Positions 47,270 through 48,626 of a stretch of 48,626 nt of DNA are shown piece after piece (position 1 is the stretch's first letter; every line of letters begins with the position of its first letter). Made by a program: the position numbers and the translations under genes. Under the pieces are notes generated by a model, which worked only from the letters and a program-made list of their open reading frames with translations, was not told the origin of the DNA and ran no database searches. This stretch comes from Rickettsiales bacterium. Its GTDB lineage: Bacteria; Pseudomonadota; Alphaproteobacteria; Methylaequorales; Methylaequoraceae. The DNA lies in NCBI GenBank assembly GCA_028407765.1, contig JAOOJU010000003.1, positions 1 through 48,626 on the forward strand, given 5' to 3'.

Positions 47270-48626
47270 TTATTAACTATAATTTTTACTTTTTGACCTA
47301 TTTGAAGTTTGCCTTGAATACTATTTATTAATTTAAAAATTTCTTCAGAATACTTTTTTTGAATACTCTGTCTTTTGTTTAAAGAATCAATCGTATCTCC
47401 AGGTTTCACTGTGATTATTTTAATTCTGTTTGGAAGTATTTTTTCAAAATATTTTGTATTTTTGACGTTAAAACTCGTTTTGATATCTGATATTTCTATA
47501 CTATATTTACTAAATTTTTTTTCACCGTCTGATAATAGAACAAATCGATAAAGAACTGACTTATTTCTTATAATTAATATTTTAATATTTTTTTCTTTGA
47601 CTTTTAAAATTGCTTCAGCTGTTTTTAATCCTGATACTATTGATTCTTTGTATTCAACTAGTTTTGAATTTCCACTCCATTTTTCAATGTAACTTCTTAA
47701 TTTATTGAAAGGAATTGTTTTTTTATCGATATCAAACACAATTTTAGCGTCATCATTTGATATACCTATCAAGTTTTTAGAAGTGTTGATAAAATAGAAA
47801 TTATCTGGAAGTTTAAATGAGATCCCTAGGTCTGAATGCAGAAAATAATTATTTTTTATTAACCCTTCTTCAATCTTCTCACCAAAGTCTAGTCCATCAA
47901 TTTTTTTTAAAAAAATTTCTTTTGCAATTATCGGATTAGAAACAGGCTTAGTTTTTGATTCATTTATAACTTCCAATATTCTTTTTGAGGATGATGGATG
48001 GGTCAATAGTAAGTCTGACCGAGAATTTCTACTCTTACGTTCCATTATTTTGCTCTGTAAAATAGAGTATTTTTCCATATTTTTAAGAAAATTAGACATT
48101 TCTCTTGGTTCAAAGCCTGCTCTTGTCATGTATCTTACAGATAATTTATCTGCTTCATATTCTTGCTTCCTGGAATAAGATAGTAGATAGAGACCAGAAG
48201 ACTGATTTAAAAAATTAGTAATAATTTGATTTTTACTTATGACACTCAGAATATTATTAAGTACCCCTACTCCTATTGATTTAGTATAACGATTTGCTGC
48301 ATGTCGAGCAGTAACGTGACCAATTTCATGAGCAAGAACTCCTGCAAGTTGGGCTTCATTCTGGCATATAGATAGTAAACCTCTGGTAATATATATATAT
48401 CCTCCAGGCAGTGCGAATGCATTTACTATTGGGGTATCAAGGAGGGTAAATGTAAACTCTAAGTTTGGTAATTCAGAAGTACTGACCAAAAAGGTACCAA
48501 TGGAATTTATATAATTTTGTAATTTAGCATTTTTATACTGACCACCATATTGTTTAATTATTTTTAAATGTTCTTCTCTACCTATCAATTTTTCTTCTTC
48601 ACTCGTCATTAGAGTTATTTCATTTA
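47266..48626 (-). CDS. M48 family metalloprotease with C-terminal LysM-like segment, 5' end probably outside the window
   Basis: NAFALPGG, AHEIGH, YSR.QE.EAD, THP, TVKPGDT. Frame stays open upstream of ATG 48609 to the window edge (NEITL-MTSEEE) and no signal peptide is present, so the start probably lies beyond the window. Confidence 0.9.
   Translation of the reverse strand, partial: NEITLMTSEEEKLIGREEHLKIIKQYGGQYKNAKLQNYINSIGTFLVSTSELPNLEFTFTLLDTPIVNAFALPGGYIYITRGLLSICQNEAQLAGVLAHEIGHVTARHAANRYTKSIGVGVLNNILSVISKNQIITNFLNQSSGLYLLSYSRKQEYEADKLSVRYMTRAGFEPREMSNFLKNMEKYSILQSKIMERKSRNSRSDLLLTHPSSSKRILEVINESKTKPVSNPIIAKEIFLKKIDGLDFGEKIEEGLIKNNYFLHSDLGISFKLPDNFYFINTSKNLIGISNDDAKIVFDIDKKTIPFNKLRSYIEKWSGNSKLVEYKESIVSGLKTAEAILKVKEKNIKILIIRNKSVLYRFVLLSDGEKKFSKYSIEISDIKTSFNVKNTKYFEKILPNRIKIITVKPGDTIDSLNKRQSIQKKYSEEIFKLINSIQGKLQIGQKVKIIVNN

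Noticed and set aside
1-48626. tRNA, rRNA, CRISPR array, IS elements, riboswitches
   Set aside because: No GC-rich structured non-coding stretch, repeat-spacer pattern or transposase ORF was seen; almost all spacers are too short to hold them.

Overview
A gene-dense, strongly AT-rich chromosomal window from what looks like a streamlined, free-living alphaproteobacterium. The lineage is inferred from conserved alphaproteobacterial gene neighbourhoods (rsmB-heparinase II/III, yciI-gpsA-tsaD / hemC-hemD-Mic60-HemY, acnA-ccmA, SUV3 helicase-fdxA-carD); a marine origin is plausible but not provable from the sequence. About 50 CDS tile both strands with tiny spacers and frequent overlaps. I saw no rRNA, tRNA, CRISPR array, transposase or integrase. 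Recognisable modules are a lipid A remodelling cluster (GT2, LAB_N, ArnT-like, LpxE-like, the last with an in-frame T15 tract), a furan/methyl fatty-acid cluster (UfaD/UfaO/UfaM-like, MFS, DUF3833, SnoaL, SDR), pabB-pabC and a contiguous ccmABCDEFGHI operon. Genes absent from the ORF track were recovered by hand: a 3'-truncated heparinase II/III-like gene, DUF1674, ccmD and two small ORFs in the only large intergenic gap. The two most unusual items are (1) a complete-looking mini transcription unit at 15810-15971 (promoter, SD, 24-aa hydrophobic peptide, 3' anti-SD, bidirectional terminator shared with a convergent 54-aa ORF) and (2) a 477-aa protein resembling an eroded family-A-polymerase-fold protein, coupled to a stand-alone cyclic-nucleotide-binding protein. 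Family assignments come from motif recognition, not database searches.
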